Under the pieces are notes generated by a model that searched no databases, was not told the origin of the DNA, and worked only from the letters and a program-made list of their open reading frames with translations. From positions 1,280,001 to 1,344,000 of the forward strand of contig CAWDSK010000006.1 of the NCBI GenBank assembly GCA_963804995.1: 64,000 nucleotides of DNA. The letters run 5' to 3'. This document shows, piece by piece, positions 41,777 to 50,918 of this stretch. The position numbers were made by a program, and so were the translations under genes. The stretch comes from an uncultured Acidobacteriota bacterium. Its GTDB lineage: Bacteria > Acidobacteriota > Terriglobia > UBA7540. How positions within the stretch are numbered: the stretch's first letter is position 1; each line of letters starts with the position of its first letter.

Positions 41777-43381
41777 ATGCTGACGAAAATAAGCCTCGCG
41801 ATTCTCACGCTTGCTGCCGGCCGTGGTGTAGCCGCGCCAGGGAACGCGCGCCCGCTGGCACTGGAAGATTACTACCGTCTCGTCGCCGTCATGTCACCGG
41901 CGATGTCGCCGGACGGGCGCTGGGTCGCTTTCATCAAATCGACCATTGTCGTGGCTGAGAACCGCCGCCAAAATGAATTGTGGCTGGTGGCAAGTGACGG
42001 GAGCACGCCACCCCGCCGCTTGTCCGATCCCTCGCTCAACGTCGCAAGTCCGCGTTGGAGCCCGAACGGAAAACTGCTCGCCTTTGCCGGCAGGCCCCGC
42101 TTTCGGCCGGCTTCAGGTGACGAGGGCGCTGCCATCTGGTTCTTGCGCATGGACCAGCCGGAGGCTGTGCCGTTCCACGTGCGGGGGGTTGGCGGCGTGC
42201 CGATCTTCAGCCCGGACAATCGCTGGATCGCCTTCACGCGCCGCGCCGCCCAACCCAAACCGCCGCAATACGCAAATGACCGGGAGCGCGTCATCCGCGA
42301 GCGTTTCCAGGGGCACGCCTATGATTGGATGAATGCCCGAGCGGACCAAATCGGCTATCTTCCCGACCCGCGCGATCCTGAGGCTTCGCCCGCCGAGGAG
42401 CTGTTCATCGTCTCGAGCGAAGGTGGCGAGCCGCGGCAACTGACGCATCTCGATGTCAACGTGCGGGGCGTAGCGTGGCGGCCTGACTCCGGAGCGCTCG
42501 CTTTCAGCGCCGACACCCACCAGCGCGATGAGTACAGCTATGAGCGCGCCGATCTGTTTGTAGTCGCGCTCGATGGCAAGGTCGAGCGGCTGACGGACGA
42601 TGGTTACAACAACGAGTCACCCGCCTGGTGGCCCGATGGGCGAACCCTCTGCTTCCGCCGCCAACTGGGATTGAGTGCCGTGATTGCCGCAAAGCAAAAC
42701 CACGGGGCGCCGGTGGATATCTACACAATCCCCGCAAATGGCGGGACAATGCAGAACCTTACGGCCGATTGGGATCTCCTGCCCGGCCCGCCGAACTTGA
42801 GTCCTGACGGCAGCTTCGTTTATTTCAGCGGGGGGATCGAAGGGAATGAGCATCTGTTTCGAGTGCCGTCCGGCAGATAACCCACGGTGACCGGCGGCTT
42901 ACGGGGTTCAGCCCTTCCGGGAATTACGGGACGATGGCCTTTGTCGCGACGGACAGCGCGCATTCGGATGAGCTGTTCGTGTCGGCGCTGGATGGCGGCA
43001 ACGAAAAGCAAGTCACGACGTTCAACCGGGCGCTGATGCAGGAGGTCCAACTCGCTTCCGCCGAGCGCATTCTCTTCCCGAGTAAGGATGGCACGCAGAT
43101 TGAAGGATGGGTACTCAAGCCTCGCGGGTACGATCCGGCGCGAAGTTGGCCACTGATCGTGACCATTCATGGCGGGCCGCACGGCGCCTTCGGTAACGAC
43201 TTCTCCTTTGAGCATCAGTTGTTGGCCGCGCACGGTTACCTGGTGGTCTACACGAATCCGCGCGGCTCGGCGACTTACGGAGAGAAGTTCCTTTGGGCCA
43301 CGTGGGGCGACTGGGGAAATCTCGACTATGCAGTGGTTCCACCGTTATCTGGAAAGTGCGGCGAGCGGAACGACGCAGTGA
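41777..43381 (+). pseudogene. S9 (prolyl oligopeptidase/DPP) pseudogene
   Basis: PD40 repeats and IHGGP present; frameshift near 42873; catalytic GxSxG/D/H missing; the native-like end QWFHRYL follows directly out of frame. Confidence 0.85.
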
Positions 43382-43716
43382 AGGGTTGGACAGAGAAATT
43401 CGCATCATGACGATTTAGGGGGTGACCCTCGGGTTTTAGTGGGACGTCGCGCGCTATACCGCGCGGAGCGCAACTTCTGGGACACGGCGCGCCTGGAAGC
43501 TCCTGCGCAGCAGAGGGACAAAATGTCGCAGCCAGGCGTCTCGGAGGTTCAGGGGAGTATCTCTGCCCATCACGCCTCATCTCGCCTCATGAACCCCCAC
43601 ACCTATCTTGTAAAGCGCACGTCATGAGGCTAACGGCAGAGGCCAAACGCCGGGTGCCACTCAACACCACCTTCTGCTACAATGCCGCCGAGCTTCCTGA
43701 CTGCTTCGCTGGCCGG

Positions 43717-43743
43717 GGAATTACGCCGCGCCGGCGACTCGTG
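43717..43743 (+). promoter_or_regulatory. Possible ECF autoregulatory promoter
   Basis: GGAATT-17 bp-CGTG just upstream of the ECF sigma gene. Confidence 0.4.
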
Positions 43744-43751
43744 ACAATCGG

Positions 43752-44330
43752 TTGAGGTGCGGCTTAGTGGAACAAGACTTAGAGCTGCTCAAGCGCTGCC
43801 TGGCCGGCGAAAACTCAGCCTGGGAAGCACTGCTCAGAGTTTACACACGAAAAATTTATAATGTCTGCTACCGCTTTACGGGCAGAAGCGAAGAAGCCGA
43901 AGACCTGACTCAAGAGGTCTTCATCAAGGTCTTCCAGACGCTCGCGAGTTACGATGCCGCGCAGGGATCGTTTTCCACGTGGCTGCACCGTGTGGCGCGC
44001 AATCATCTGGTGGACCATTACCGGCGCACCAAGAAGGATCGCGTCACCTCCTCCATCGAAGACGATCTCGGAACCATTGAACAGAAGCCTGGTCCGGGAG
44101 TGGGGCCGGCCGCGCACGTAGAGGCTCGGGAGCGTAAAGAGCTGCTTCAGGGGGCGCTCGAAAAGTTGTCGCCTGACATGCGGGAGGCGGTCATTCTCCG
44201 CGACCTGCACGACCTTGACTACGATGAGATTGCCCAGGTCCTGGGGGTTCCGGCGGGCACGGTAAAATCTCGAATTAATCGGGGAAGATTGGAACTTGCG
44301 CGGGTCCTAAAGCGTATGGAAGGGTTGTAG
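43752..44330 (+). CDS. ECF RNA polymerase sigma factor
   Basis: AEDLTQEVF, FSTWL, YDEIAQVLGVPAGTVKSRINRGR; start may be GTG 43767. Confidence 0.96.
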   Translation: MRCGLVEQDLELLKRCLAGENSAWEALLRVYTRKIYNVCYRFTGRSEEAEDLTQEVFIKVFQTLASYDAAQGSFSTWLHRVARNHLVDHYRRTKKDRVTSSIEDDLGTIEQKPGPGVGPAAHVEARERKELLQGALEKLSPDMREAVILRDLHDLDYDEIAQVLGVPAGTVKSRINRGRLELARVLKRMEGL

Positions 44331-44384
44331 GGCCGGACAGGTTCCGGCCTTAATGCAAGGCCCCGCAAGAACGGGACGTGAGCC

Positions 44385-45068
44385 ATGACGCACCTGGAAA
44401 TTGAAAACCTCGCGAGCGAATACCTGGAAGGGCTCCTGGACCCAGCCAGCCGGACAGCCGTCGAGGCGCATTTGGCGCAATGTGCGGCCTGCCGGGAGCT
44501 GGTGGCGGACGTCCAGCACGTCGTGGAGTTGTGCCGGGTGGCCGAGCAATTGGAGCCCGCGCCCTGGCTGGTTTCGAAAATCCTGCTGGCCACGGTGGGG
44601 ACGCGGAAGCCCACCTGGCGCGAGCAGATCGCCGCCTTGTTCCGGCCGGTGCTTCTACCCCGGGTTGCGTATCCCGTGGCCATGACGGTTTTCGCGTTTT
44701 CGGTGATCGTCAACGCGGCCGGAATCAATCTGCGAAACCTGCAAATGGAAGACCTGAATCCCCGCACCTGGGTTTTCCGGGCCGATCGCACCCGGCACCT
44801 GATGACTGCGCATGTAGAGAAATTCATAGCCGACCTGCGGGTGGTCATAGAAGTTGAGTCGCGCTTCCGCCAGTTGCGCGACCAAACCCAGGGCCAGCAG
44901 GAGGAAGCAACCCCCAAGCCGGAGTCGCCTGCGGGTGGATCTTCCGAAGGTGCGCCCTCCGGTCAGAATCAAGTAGCGTCGGTGGATGGACTGCGGGTCG
45001 ATCCAGTCTCCCGGACAATCGGGAACCAAGCGGGATTCGTCGGGCCCGGAAGGAGAGTAATGCCATGA
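44385..45068 (+). CDS. Zinc-finger (HxxxCxxC) membrane anti-sigma factor
   Basis: EAHLAQCAAC plus one TM; follows the ECF gene. Confidence 0.9.
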   Translation: MTHLEIENLASEYLEGLLDPASRTAVEAHLAQCAACRELVADVQHVVELCRVAEQLEPAPWLVSKILLATVGTRKPTWREQIAALFRPVLLPRVAYPVAMTVFAFSVIVNAAGINLRNLQMEDLNPRTWVFRADRTRHLMTAHVEKFIADLRVVIEVESRFRQLRDQTQGQQEEATPKPESPAGGSSEGAPSGQNQVASVDGLRVDPVSRTIGNQAGFVGPGRRVMP

Positions 45069-45763
45069 AATGCGCCAATCACCCTCTCAACGATGCTTCA
45101 GCTTACTGCGGACAATGCGGGCGCTCGCTGTGCACCGATTGCAAACGCGAAGTCGGCGGAATGATCTATTGCGAGAGTTGCATTGCCGCGCGCTTGCAGT
45201 CTGGATACTCAGCGCCGTGGGGGCCCGGTACGGGTCCTAGCCCCGGTGTGGCGCTGGGCCTGGGATTCATTCCCGGCGTGGGCGCTATTTACAACGGTCA
45301 GGTTCTGAAGGGCATGGTGCAGGTCCTGATCTTCGGATCACTGATTGCCCTGAATGACCGCGTCCATGGCCCCCTGGATACCATCTTCGGGCTGGGCGCT
45401 GCGGCTTTTTACTTCTACATGGTGATTGACTCTTTCCATACCGCCAAGGCCATGCGTCTCGGCAAGCCCACGCCGGAGTGGTTTGGGCTGGGCGACCTGA
45501 AGATGAACGCGCCGATCGGCGCTGCCTTGCTGATTGGCCTCGGCGCGATGTTCCTGCTCGATAATCTCGGTATCCCGGTTTTCAGGGAGATCGGCAAGTT
45601 CTGGCCGGTGCTTCTGATCCTGGCAGGGGTTCTACTTTTGCAGCGGCGGCTCGGTGGGCCTAAGCCGGAAGCACCCGCCGCTCCAGTCAGTACAGTTGCT
45701 CTGGCCGCTCCTGAGAAGCCCTCTGATGGGCCCAGCAATATTCCAGGGCCGACGGGGATGTGA
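45065..45763 (+). CDS. B-box zinc finger membrane protein with LiaF/DUF5668-like TM module
   Basis: CANH..CGQC..CTDC..CESC; IPGVGAIYNGQ; LIGLGAMFLL..WPVLLI. Confidence 0.85.
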   Translation: MKCANHPLNDASAYCGQCGRSLCTDCKREVGGMIYCESCIAARLQSGYSAPWGPGTGPSPGVALGLGFIPGVGAIYNGQVLKGMVQVLIFGSLIALNDRVHGPLDTIFGLGAAAFYFYMVIDSFHTAKAMRLGKPTPEWFGLGDLKMNAPIGAALLIGLGAMFLLDNLGIPVFREIGKFWPVLLILAGVLLLQRRLGGPKPEAPAAPVSTVALAAPEKPSDGPSNIPGPTGM

Positions 45764-45772
45764 GGAGCAGAA

Positions 45773-45990
45773 GGCAGCGAGCGCTTGGCACGAGTCCCGA
45801 CAGAGTCGGGATAGGCAGCGAGCGCTGTGTGCGAGTCCCGACGGAGTCGGGATAGGCAGCGAGCGCTTGGCACGAGTCCCGACGGAGTCGGGAAAGGCAG
45901 AAGGCAGCGAGCGCTTGGCACGAGTCCCGACGGAGTCGGGAAAGGCAGAAGGCAGCGAGCGCTTGGCACGAGTCCCGACAGAGTCGGGAT
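45773..45990. repeat. Five tandem ~40-47 bp hairpin units; two more at 47993-48088
   Basis: GGCAGCGAGCGCTTGGCACGAGTCCCGACRGAGTCGGGA repeated. Confidence 0.92.
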
Positions 45991-46145
45991 TGGCAGCCGG
46001 CAAGGGGTCCGTTACCCGGGTCGAAACACGATACTTGACGAACAATTTGCGAGTTTCGAATTTCGAGTTTCGAATTTCGGCCCTTACAGGCTGTGGGAGA
46101 ACGCTCCACCGCGGACAAGCACCCGGCGCCCAGGGCGCTACCGTA

Positions 46146-46251
46146 ACCACCCCGGCGCTCGGAGCGCCACCCCTCCTGAATCAGGAGGGGAGCTTTTACG
46201 GAACTCCCCTCCTCAGATGAGGAGGGGTGGCGCGCTGAGCGACGGGGTGGT
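46146..46251. repeat. CCCCTCC/GGAGGGG hairpin doublet; copy at 48110-48215
   Basis: accacccc...gccacccctcct...ggaggggtggcgcgctgagcgacggggtggt. Confidence 0.85.
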
Positions 46252-46432
46252 GCTGAAAAGTTGAAAGGAGTGGTGCTGAAGAGTTTGAAGGCTGGTGCCG
46301 GCAAGGGTCTGCTAGCCGGGTCGAAACACGATACTTGACGCACACTTTGCAAGTTTCGAATTTCGAGTTTCGAGTTTCGGTTTTCGATATTCGAATTTCG
46401 GCCTTTACCGGCAGCCGGCAAGGAGAACCACC

Positions 46433-46684
46433 ATGTTAGGAATCGGCATTCTAATCGGTCTCATCGGCGCGGCCATGGGCGCCGCAATCGGCCTCCTGGG
46501 AGGGCTGTTCGGCCTCGGCATGGGACTGGTGGGTGCAGCCCTCGGCTTCATATTTCATCCTATCCGTTTGCTCCTGCTGGTAGCTGGAATCATCTGGATT
46601 TTGGCGGGAAGAAGCCGGGGGAATGTGCCGGCGGCGAAAACTTATCGTGACAACGCGGCCCACTTACCCCGCGGCTCCCATTGA
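46433..46684 (+). CDS. Small Gly-rich membrane protein (LiaI-like)
   Basis: AGGAG RBS; hydrophobic GxxxG-rich helices. Confidence 0.75.
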   Translation: MLGIGILIGLIGAAMGAAIGLLGGLFGLGMGLVGAALGFIFHPIRLLLLVAGIIWILAGRSRGNVPAAKTYRDNAAHLPRGSH

Positions 46685-46761
46685 GGATTCGGCTGGTGTT
46701 GCGCTGGGAAGATGCATTTAGCTGTAGCGTGCCGATGTGTCGTGACACATGCCAGGCTTAA

Positions 46762-46902
46762 CAAGCTGCGGAAAAACTCCGCAAACTGTCATCCTGAGGA
46801 GGCGAAGCCAACGAAGGACCTCTGTATTTGCTTGAAAGTTCAAATACCGGGGTCCTTCGCTGCGCTCAGGATGACAGCATTGGAGCGTTTTTCCGCAGCC
46901 TG
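46762..46902. mobile_element. 141-bp MITE with TTAA target duplication
   Basis: Terminal IRs 15/16 (CAAGCTGCGGAAAAAC), TTAA at 46758-46761 and 46903-46906. Confidence 0.82.
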
Positions 46903-46936
46903 TTAAGCCCGGTGCTACGAAGGCTGGAGGAAAATC

Positions 46937-47152
46937 ATGCACCTTGGTCCATTTATTGTCCCCCTGGGGCTTTTTGCGATGATCGTAATCATCGTGGCCA
47001 TCGCTTCGATGCGAAAGATGCGCGAGAAGGAGTTGGAAGCTCATCAAACGCTCCGCATGCAGGAGATGGAACACGAACGTAAGTTGAAAGAAATGGATAT
47101 CGAGAAGACCAAGCTGGAGCTGGAAAAGGCACGCATCGCCAAGCCCAGCTAA
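46937..47152 (+). CDS. TM-coiled-coil microprotein, paralog 1
   Basis: GGAGG RBS; REKELEAHQTLRMQEMEH. Confidence 0.85.
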   Translation: MHLGPFIVPLGLFAMIVIIVAIASMRKMREKELEAHQTLRMQEMEHERKLKEMDIEKTKLELEKARIAKPS

Positions 47153-47209
47153 AGATGGCGCAAGGCGCTGTCCGGAGTCTGGGTTGGCAACCTTAGGAGG
47201 TTTGGCAAC

Positions 47210-47434
47210 ATGGACGTCAATCCCCTATTAATTCCCCTCGTGGGAACAATCGCCAGCGCGGCGATGATCGTGGCCATCGTGGGAATCGTTTTTTGGTTCA
47301 AGGCGCGCGCGAAGGAGCTGCAATTCCATCAGGACCTGCGCATCCGCGAGATGGAACACCAGGTCAAGATGAAGCAGCTCGAAATCGAGCTCGAGAAAGC
47401 CAAGGGCGGCGGCGCTGGAACTAAGGCCGCGTGA
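47210..47434 (+). CDS. TM-coiled-coil microprotein, paralog 2
   Basis: AGGAGG RBS; RAKELQFHQDLRIREMEH. Confidence 0.85.
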   Translation: MDVNPLLIPLVGTIASAAMIVAIVGIVFWFKARAKELQFHQDLRIREMEHQVKMKQLEIELEKAKGGGAGTKAA

Positions 47435-47478
47435 CGGCGAAACCTTTGTGGTCAAGCTTGCACGGGAGGTGACTCCGC

Positions 47479-47667
47479 ATGTCTCCGTTCATGATTCCAC
47501 TGGCCGTCTTCGCGATGGTCGTGCTGATCGTGGCCATCGTCCAGGTTGCCAGGATTCGCGACCGGGAACTGGAAGTCCATCAAAAGCTCCACGGCCTGGA
47601 GATGGAGCACCAACGCCAGATGCGGGAACTGGAGCTGGAGTTTGAGCGTATCAAGCATCAGAAGTAA
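47479..47667 (+). CDS. TM-coiled-coil microprotein, paralog 3
   Basis: GGAGG RBS; RDRELEVHQKLHGLEMEH. Confidence 0.85.
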   Translation: MSPFMIPLAVFAMVVLIVAIVQVARIRDRELEVHQKLHGLEMEHQRQMRELELEFERIKHQK

Positions 47668-47718
47668 GATCGCTCGCGGAGCAAGGGCGGGGGGGCCAGA
47701 AGCCCCGGGGAAGAGACG

Positions 47719-47931
47719 ATGGGAGCGACACCACAACCGCCGATCCACCGCCACGGAGGACAAATGTTTCCCGTCCTCCTCATCATCCTGGGGGTCATGT
47801 TCTTGCTGGACCAGTTCGTACCCGGTTGGGGAATCGGCAAGACATGGCCAGTGCTGTTGATTGTAATTGGCGTCTTTAAGTTGTTGGACACAGGCCGGCC
47901 ACCGCGTCCGCCGGAAGGGCCGAGGGTCTAA
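47719..47931 (+). CDS. Small LiaF/DUF5668-like membrane protein
   Basis: LIILGVMFLLDQ...TWPVLLIVIG. Confidence 0.8.
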   Translation: MGATPQPPIHRHGGQMFPVLLIILGVMFLLDQFVPGWGIGKTWPVLLIVIGVFKLLDTGRPPRPPEGPRV

Positions 47932-48359
47932 GTACAGGGAACAGGGAATAGGGAACAAGCGGCAGGGAACAGGGAACAGGTGGAAAGCGGAAGGCAGCGA
48001 GCGCTTTGTGCGAGTCCCGACAGAGTCGGGAAAGGCAGAAAGCAGAAGGCAGCGAGCGCTTGGCGCGAGTCCCGACAGAGTCGGGATAGGCGGAAGGTAG
48101 AAGACGGTAACCACCCCGTCGCTCGGCGCGCCACCCCTCCTAAATTAGGAGGGGAGTGGTTACAGAACTCCCCTCCTCAGATGAGGAGGGGTGGCGCGCT
48201 GAGCGACGGGGTGGTGCTGAACCGGAAAAGTGCTGAACCCGTACGGCGCTGACGAGTCAAAACTCGAAACCTGTTGCAGAAGCGGCGAGTTTCGAGTTTC
48301 GAGTTTCGGATTTCGCTTTTCGAGTTTCGATTTTCCGTAATTCCTGGCAAGAGGCTAAC

Positions 48360-50018
48360 ATGAGCGTCTATACCTACCGTCGCGGTTCAATCTTCTGGGC
48401 GCTGACTTTGATCGCCGTGGGCACGATCTTCCTTTGGCAGAATTTCAATCCCGCCATTCATCCCTGGCAGATCATCGCCAAGTTCTGGCCCCTGCTTATC
48501 ATCTTCTGGGGCGCCTCCAAGCTGATCGATTTCCTACGGGCGCAGGCCCACCCGGAGGCCGCTCCGGCGCCGCTTTTCTCAGGCAGCGAAGTGGTTCTAC
48601 TCATTCTGATTCTGGCGCTGGGCACGCTGGTTTCCAAGATCGTGTTGCGCTCCTCGCACCCGTGGGGATGGAACATCGATAACGATGAAATTGCCGGACT
48701 CTTCATGAATTCCTATACCTTCGACCAGACGTTTTCGCAGCCCGTCAAGAGCGGGTCGCGCCTGGTGTTGGATGACCAGCGTGGCGATGTGGAGATACGC
48801 GGCGCTGACCAGGCCGCCCTCGACGTGATAGCCAAGAAGAACATCCGCGCCGAAAATGGGGACGATGCCAAGAAACTGTCGGACCGCCTGAAATTCGAAG
48901 TCGTGGAGGAGGCCGGGCACTACGTGCTGCGCTCGAACCGCCACTCGCTCGAAGGAGTTTTGCCCCCTCTTGAAAACGGCCGGCTGGTTTCGACTGACTT
49001 CGACCTGCGCGCTCCCAAGGCCCTGAGCAGCGAAGTCACTTCGGAGCGTGGCGACGTCCAGGTGGATGGCTTGAAAGGGGACCAGACCCTGTCCACCCAA
49101 CACGGAGACGTGCGCGCCACCAACATCGAAGGTCTGGTAAAGATCCACAAGTCCGGGGGCTTGACGGAAGCCCGTGACGTGAAAGGCAGCGTGGAACTGG
49201 AGGGCCGCGGTGACAACGTGGAGATCGCCAACGTCTCCGGCACGGTCAGCGTCAACGGCGAATTCAGCGGTGACCTGGAGTTTCGCAATGTGGCGCAAAC
49301 CCTGCGTTACCATTCCAACCGCACCGATATGACCGCGCAAAAACTCACTGGCCGCCTGTATATGGAGGCGGGGTCGCTGGAGGTGAACGGCATCGACGGG
49401 CCTCTGGATGTGTCGACCAAGCAGAAGGACATCACAGTCGATGACTTCAAACACAGCCTGCGGATTGTCGACAGCAATGGCCAGGTTTCGCTCCAAACTT
49501 TCGTGCCGCCTGCGCACGACATTCAGGTGGATTCGAAAAACGGCGCCATCGAGCTGCGGCTCCCGGCAGGATCGAATTTTCAAATTGAGGCCAACTCGCG
49601 CCATGGCGAGGTGGAAAGCGACTTTGAGGGGCCCGGCTTGAAAGTAGTCAAGGAAGGGGAGGCAGCGTCCATCTCCGGAACTTACGGCAAGGGCGGACCC
49701 ATGATCCGCTTGAACACCGAATACGGCGCGATCCGCTTGCTCCATGCGGGCCCCCACCCGCCGGCGCCTCCGGCCCCACCGGCGCCGCCGAAGCCACCAA
49801 CCCCGCCCACGCCACCCACGCCTCCGGCGCGCCCCACTAAGACCGTAGCCACGTGGCGGCTGGATTCCCCCCTCCACCCTGCGCCCGCCGTCCATGGCCT
49901 GCGAGCGGTTTGCCCCATGGCTGAGGCCCGCGTGGCGCGAATTGCCGAGTTCGTTCAACACCTGGAAACACACCTCGAGAAATTTCGAGTTTCGGATTTT
50001 AGATTTCAGGTATTTTAG
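48360..50018 (+). CDS. DUF5668 TM module plus DUF4097 beta-strand repeat protein
   Basis: GSIFWALTLIAVG..FWPLLII; repeated S..GDV strands; Pro-rich tail. Confidence 0.88.
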   Translation: MSVYTYRRGSIFWALTLIAVGTIFLWQNFNPAIHPWQIIAKFWPLLIIFWGASKLIDFLRAQAHPEAAPAPLFSGSEVVLLILILALGTLVSKIVLRSSHPWGWNIDNDEIAGLFMNSYTFDQTFSQPVKSGSRLVLDDQRGDVEIRGADQAALDVIAKKNIRAENGDDAKKLSDRLKFEVVEEAGHYVLRSNRHSLEGVLPPLENGRLVSTDFDLRAPKALSSEVTSERGDVQVDGLKGDQTLSTQHGDVRATNIEGLVKIHKSGGLTEARDVKGSVELEGRGDNVEIANVSGTVSVNGEFSGDLEFRNVAQTLRYHSNRTDMTAQKLTGRLYMEAGSLEVNGIDGPLDVSTKQKDITVDDFKHSLRIVDSNGQVSLQTFVPPAHDIQVDSKNGAIELRLPAGSNFQIEANSRHGEVESDFEGPGLKVVKEGEAASISGTYGKGGPMIRLNTEYGAIRLLHAGPHPPAPPAPPAPPKPPTPPTPPTPPARPTKTVATWRLDSPLHPAPAVHGLRAVCPMAEARVARIAEFVQHLETHLEKFRVSDFRFQVF

Positions 50019-50083
50019 GTTTTGGATTTTGGCAGTCGGTGCGGGGTCGCTATTTGTTCCTCAACTCTGAAGTGGCTCACCAT

Positions 50084-50130
50084 GGTAGCCACGGTGTCGC
50101 CGCGGCGACTTTTTCTGACCGTGGGCTTTT
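50084..50130. repeat. REP-like palindrome carrying an empty IS target GGTAGCCACGGT
   Basis: Related to the repeat split by the IS at 59524-59531 / 61244-61280 (shared tgaccgtgggctttt). Confidence 0.7.
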
Positions 50131-50281
50131 CTCTAGCGAAACACCCCAGCAGAATTGGCCCATCCCGCTAACTCCTCAAGTTTGATTTCTTATTCAAACG
50201 CAAAGTCGTATATAAATACGGGGACACCATCTGTGTATTCTTTTGAGCAGTGAATCACAGGAGACAGGAAGCATCGGTGTT

Positions 50282-50770
50282 ATGGCCGAACGTCCGCCAC
50301 TCAAATTGCTAATTTCAGACCTCGCCAAGCTACTGGACTGGTTTGAAAAGAATTTGTGCAATCCGTGCCTTAAAGACCCGCGTGGGCATCAGGTCAAGTT
50401 TGATTGCAGTCGCTTCGCCTACATGATCAAGCTGGTAAGCTCCACTGGAGGCAAGGTTGCCAAGCCTTTAAAGATAGCGGACAAAATCAGAGCCGGGAAA
50501 AGGAGCAATGCAGATTTTGGGGGGTTCGATGCGGAACGGGCGCAGACGCTTTCTTGGATACCTTCGATAATCCTCCGTCCGACGATCATTGCGCGAAATA
50601 AGTCCTTGTTGGTCCCAGGCGACGAGCTTTATGTAAAAGAATTTGACAAGGCAGGCTACAAATACAAGGTTCTTTATTGTAAGAGAATGTCGCCGAACCT
50701 ACTTATTCCAATTTCGTCGTTCCCAAGGGAAAAGTTAGGAGCCCTTAACTCAGACATTATATGGCCATGA
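50282..50770 (+). CDS. PBECR-like (barnase/EndoU/colicin/RelE fold) putative RNase
   Basis: DPRG..V.F, ERAQTLSWIPSIILRPTII, YVKEF, ISSF, IIWP pattern; AT-rich; start 50282 or 50243. Confidence 0.65.
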   Translation: MAERPPLKLLISDLAKLLDWFEKNLCNPCLKDPRGHQVKFDCSRFAYMIKLVSSTGGKVAKPLKIADKIRAGKRSNADFGGFDAERAQTLSWIPSIILRPTIIARNKSLLVPGDELYVKEFDKAGYKYKVLYCKRMSPNLLIPISSFPREKLGALNSDIIWP

Positions 50771-50805
50771 AAACAAAAAGGTTGCCGACTTTTGATCGAC
50801 AACCT
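50771..50805 (-). terminator. Intrinsic terminator on the minus strand
   Basis: AGGTTGTCGA/TCGGCAACCT stem (G-U pair only on minus) followed by TTTTGTTT. Confidence 0.75.
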
Positions 50806-50882
50806 CTTTGGTTCCTTATTATACCCAGGAACAACGGGGGAAGCCGAGTGCGACTCGGCAAGATCTTTCAATCGGCACTTAC
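50771..50882 (-). ncRNA. Putative ~110-nt structured small RNA convergent with the nuclease gene
   Basis: Minus-strand promoter, two hairpins and an intrinsic terminator; no convincing ORF. Confidence 0.6.
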
Positions 50883-50888
50883 ATAACT

Positions 50889-50918
50889 ATCTTAAGACTA
50901 AGCCGGTTGGTTTGTCAA
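50889..50918 (-). promoter_or_regulatory. Sigma70 promoter for the small RNA
   Basis: TTGACA-18 bp-TAAGAT on the minus strand. Confidence 0.65.

Noticed and set aside
35870..43400. Prophage or integrative element
   Set aside because: Accessory-looking genes, but no integrase, tRNA attachment site or phage structural genes were seen
45773..45990. CRISPR array
   Set aside because: Units are contiguous or separated only by heptamers; there are no unique spacers and no cas genes
6429..49973. Long antisense or shadow ORFs (6429-7640, 16481-17548, 19837-21327, 33823-34998, 48597-49973)
   Set aside because: They overlap well-supported genes on the opposite strand, which is expected at high GC, and carry no motifs
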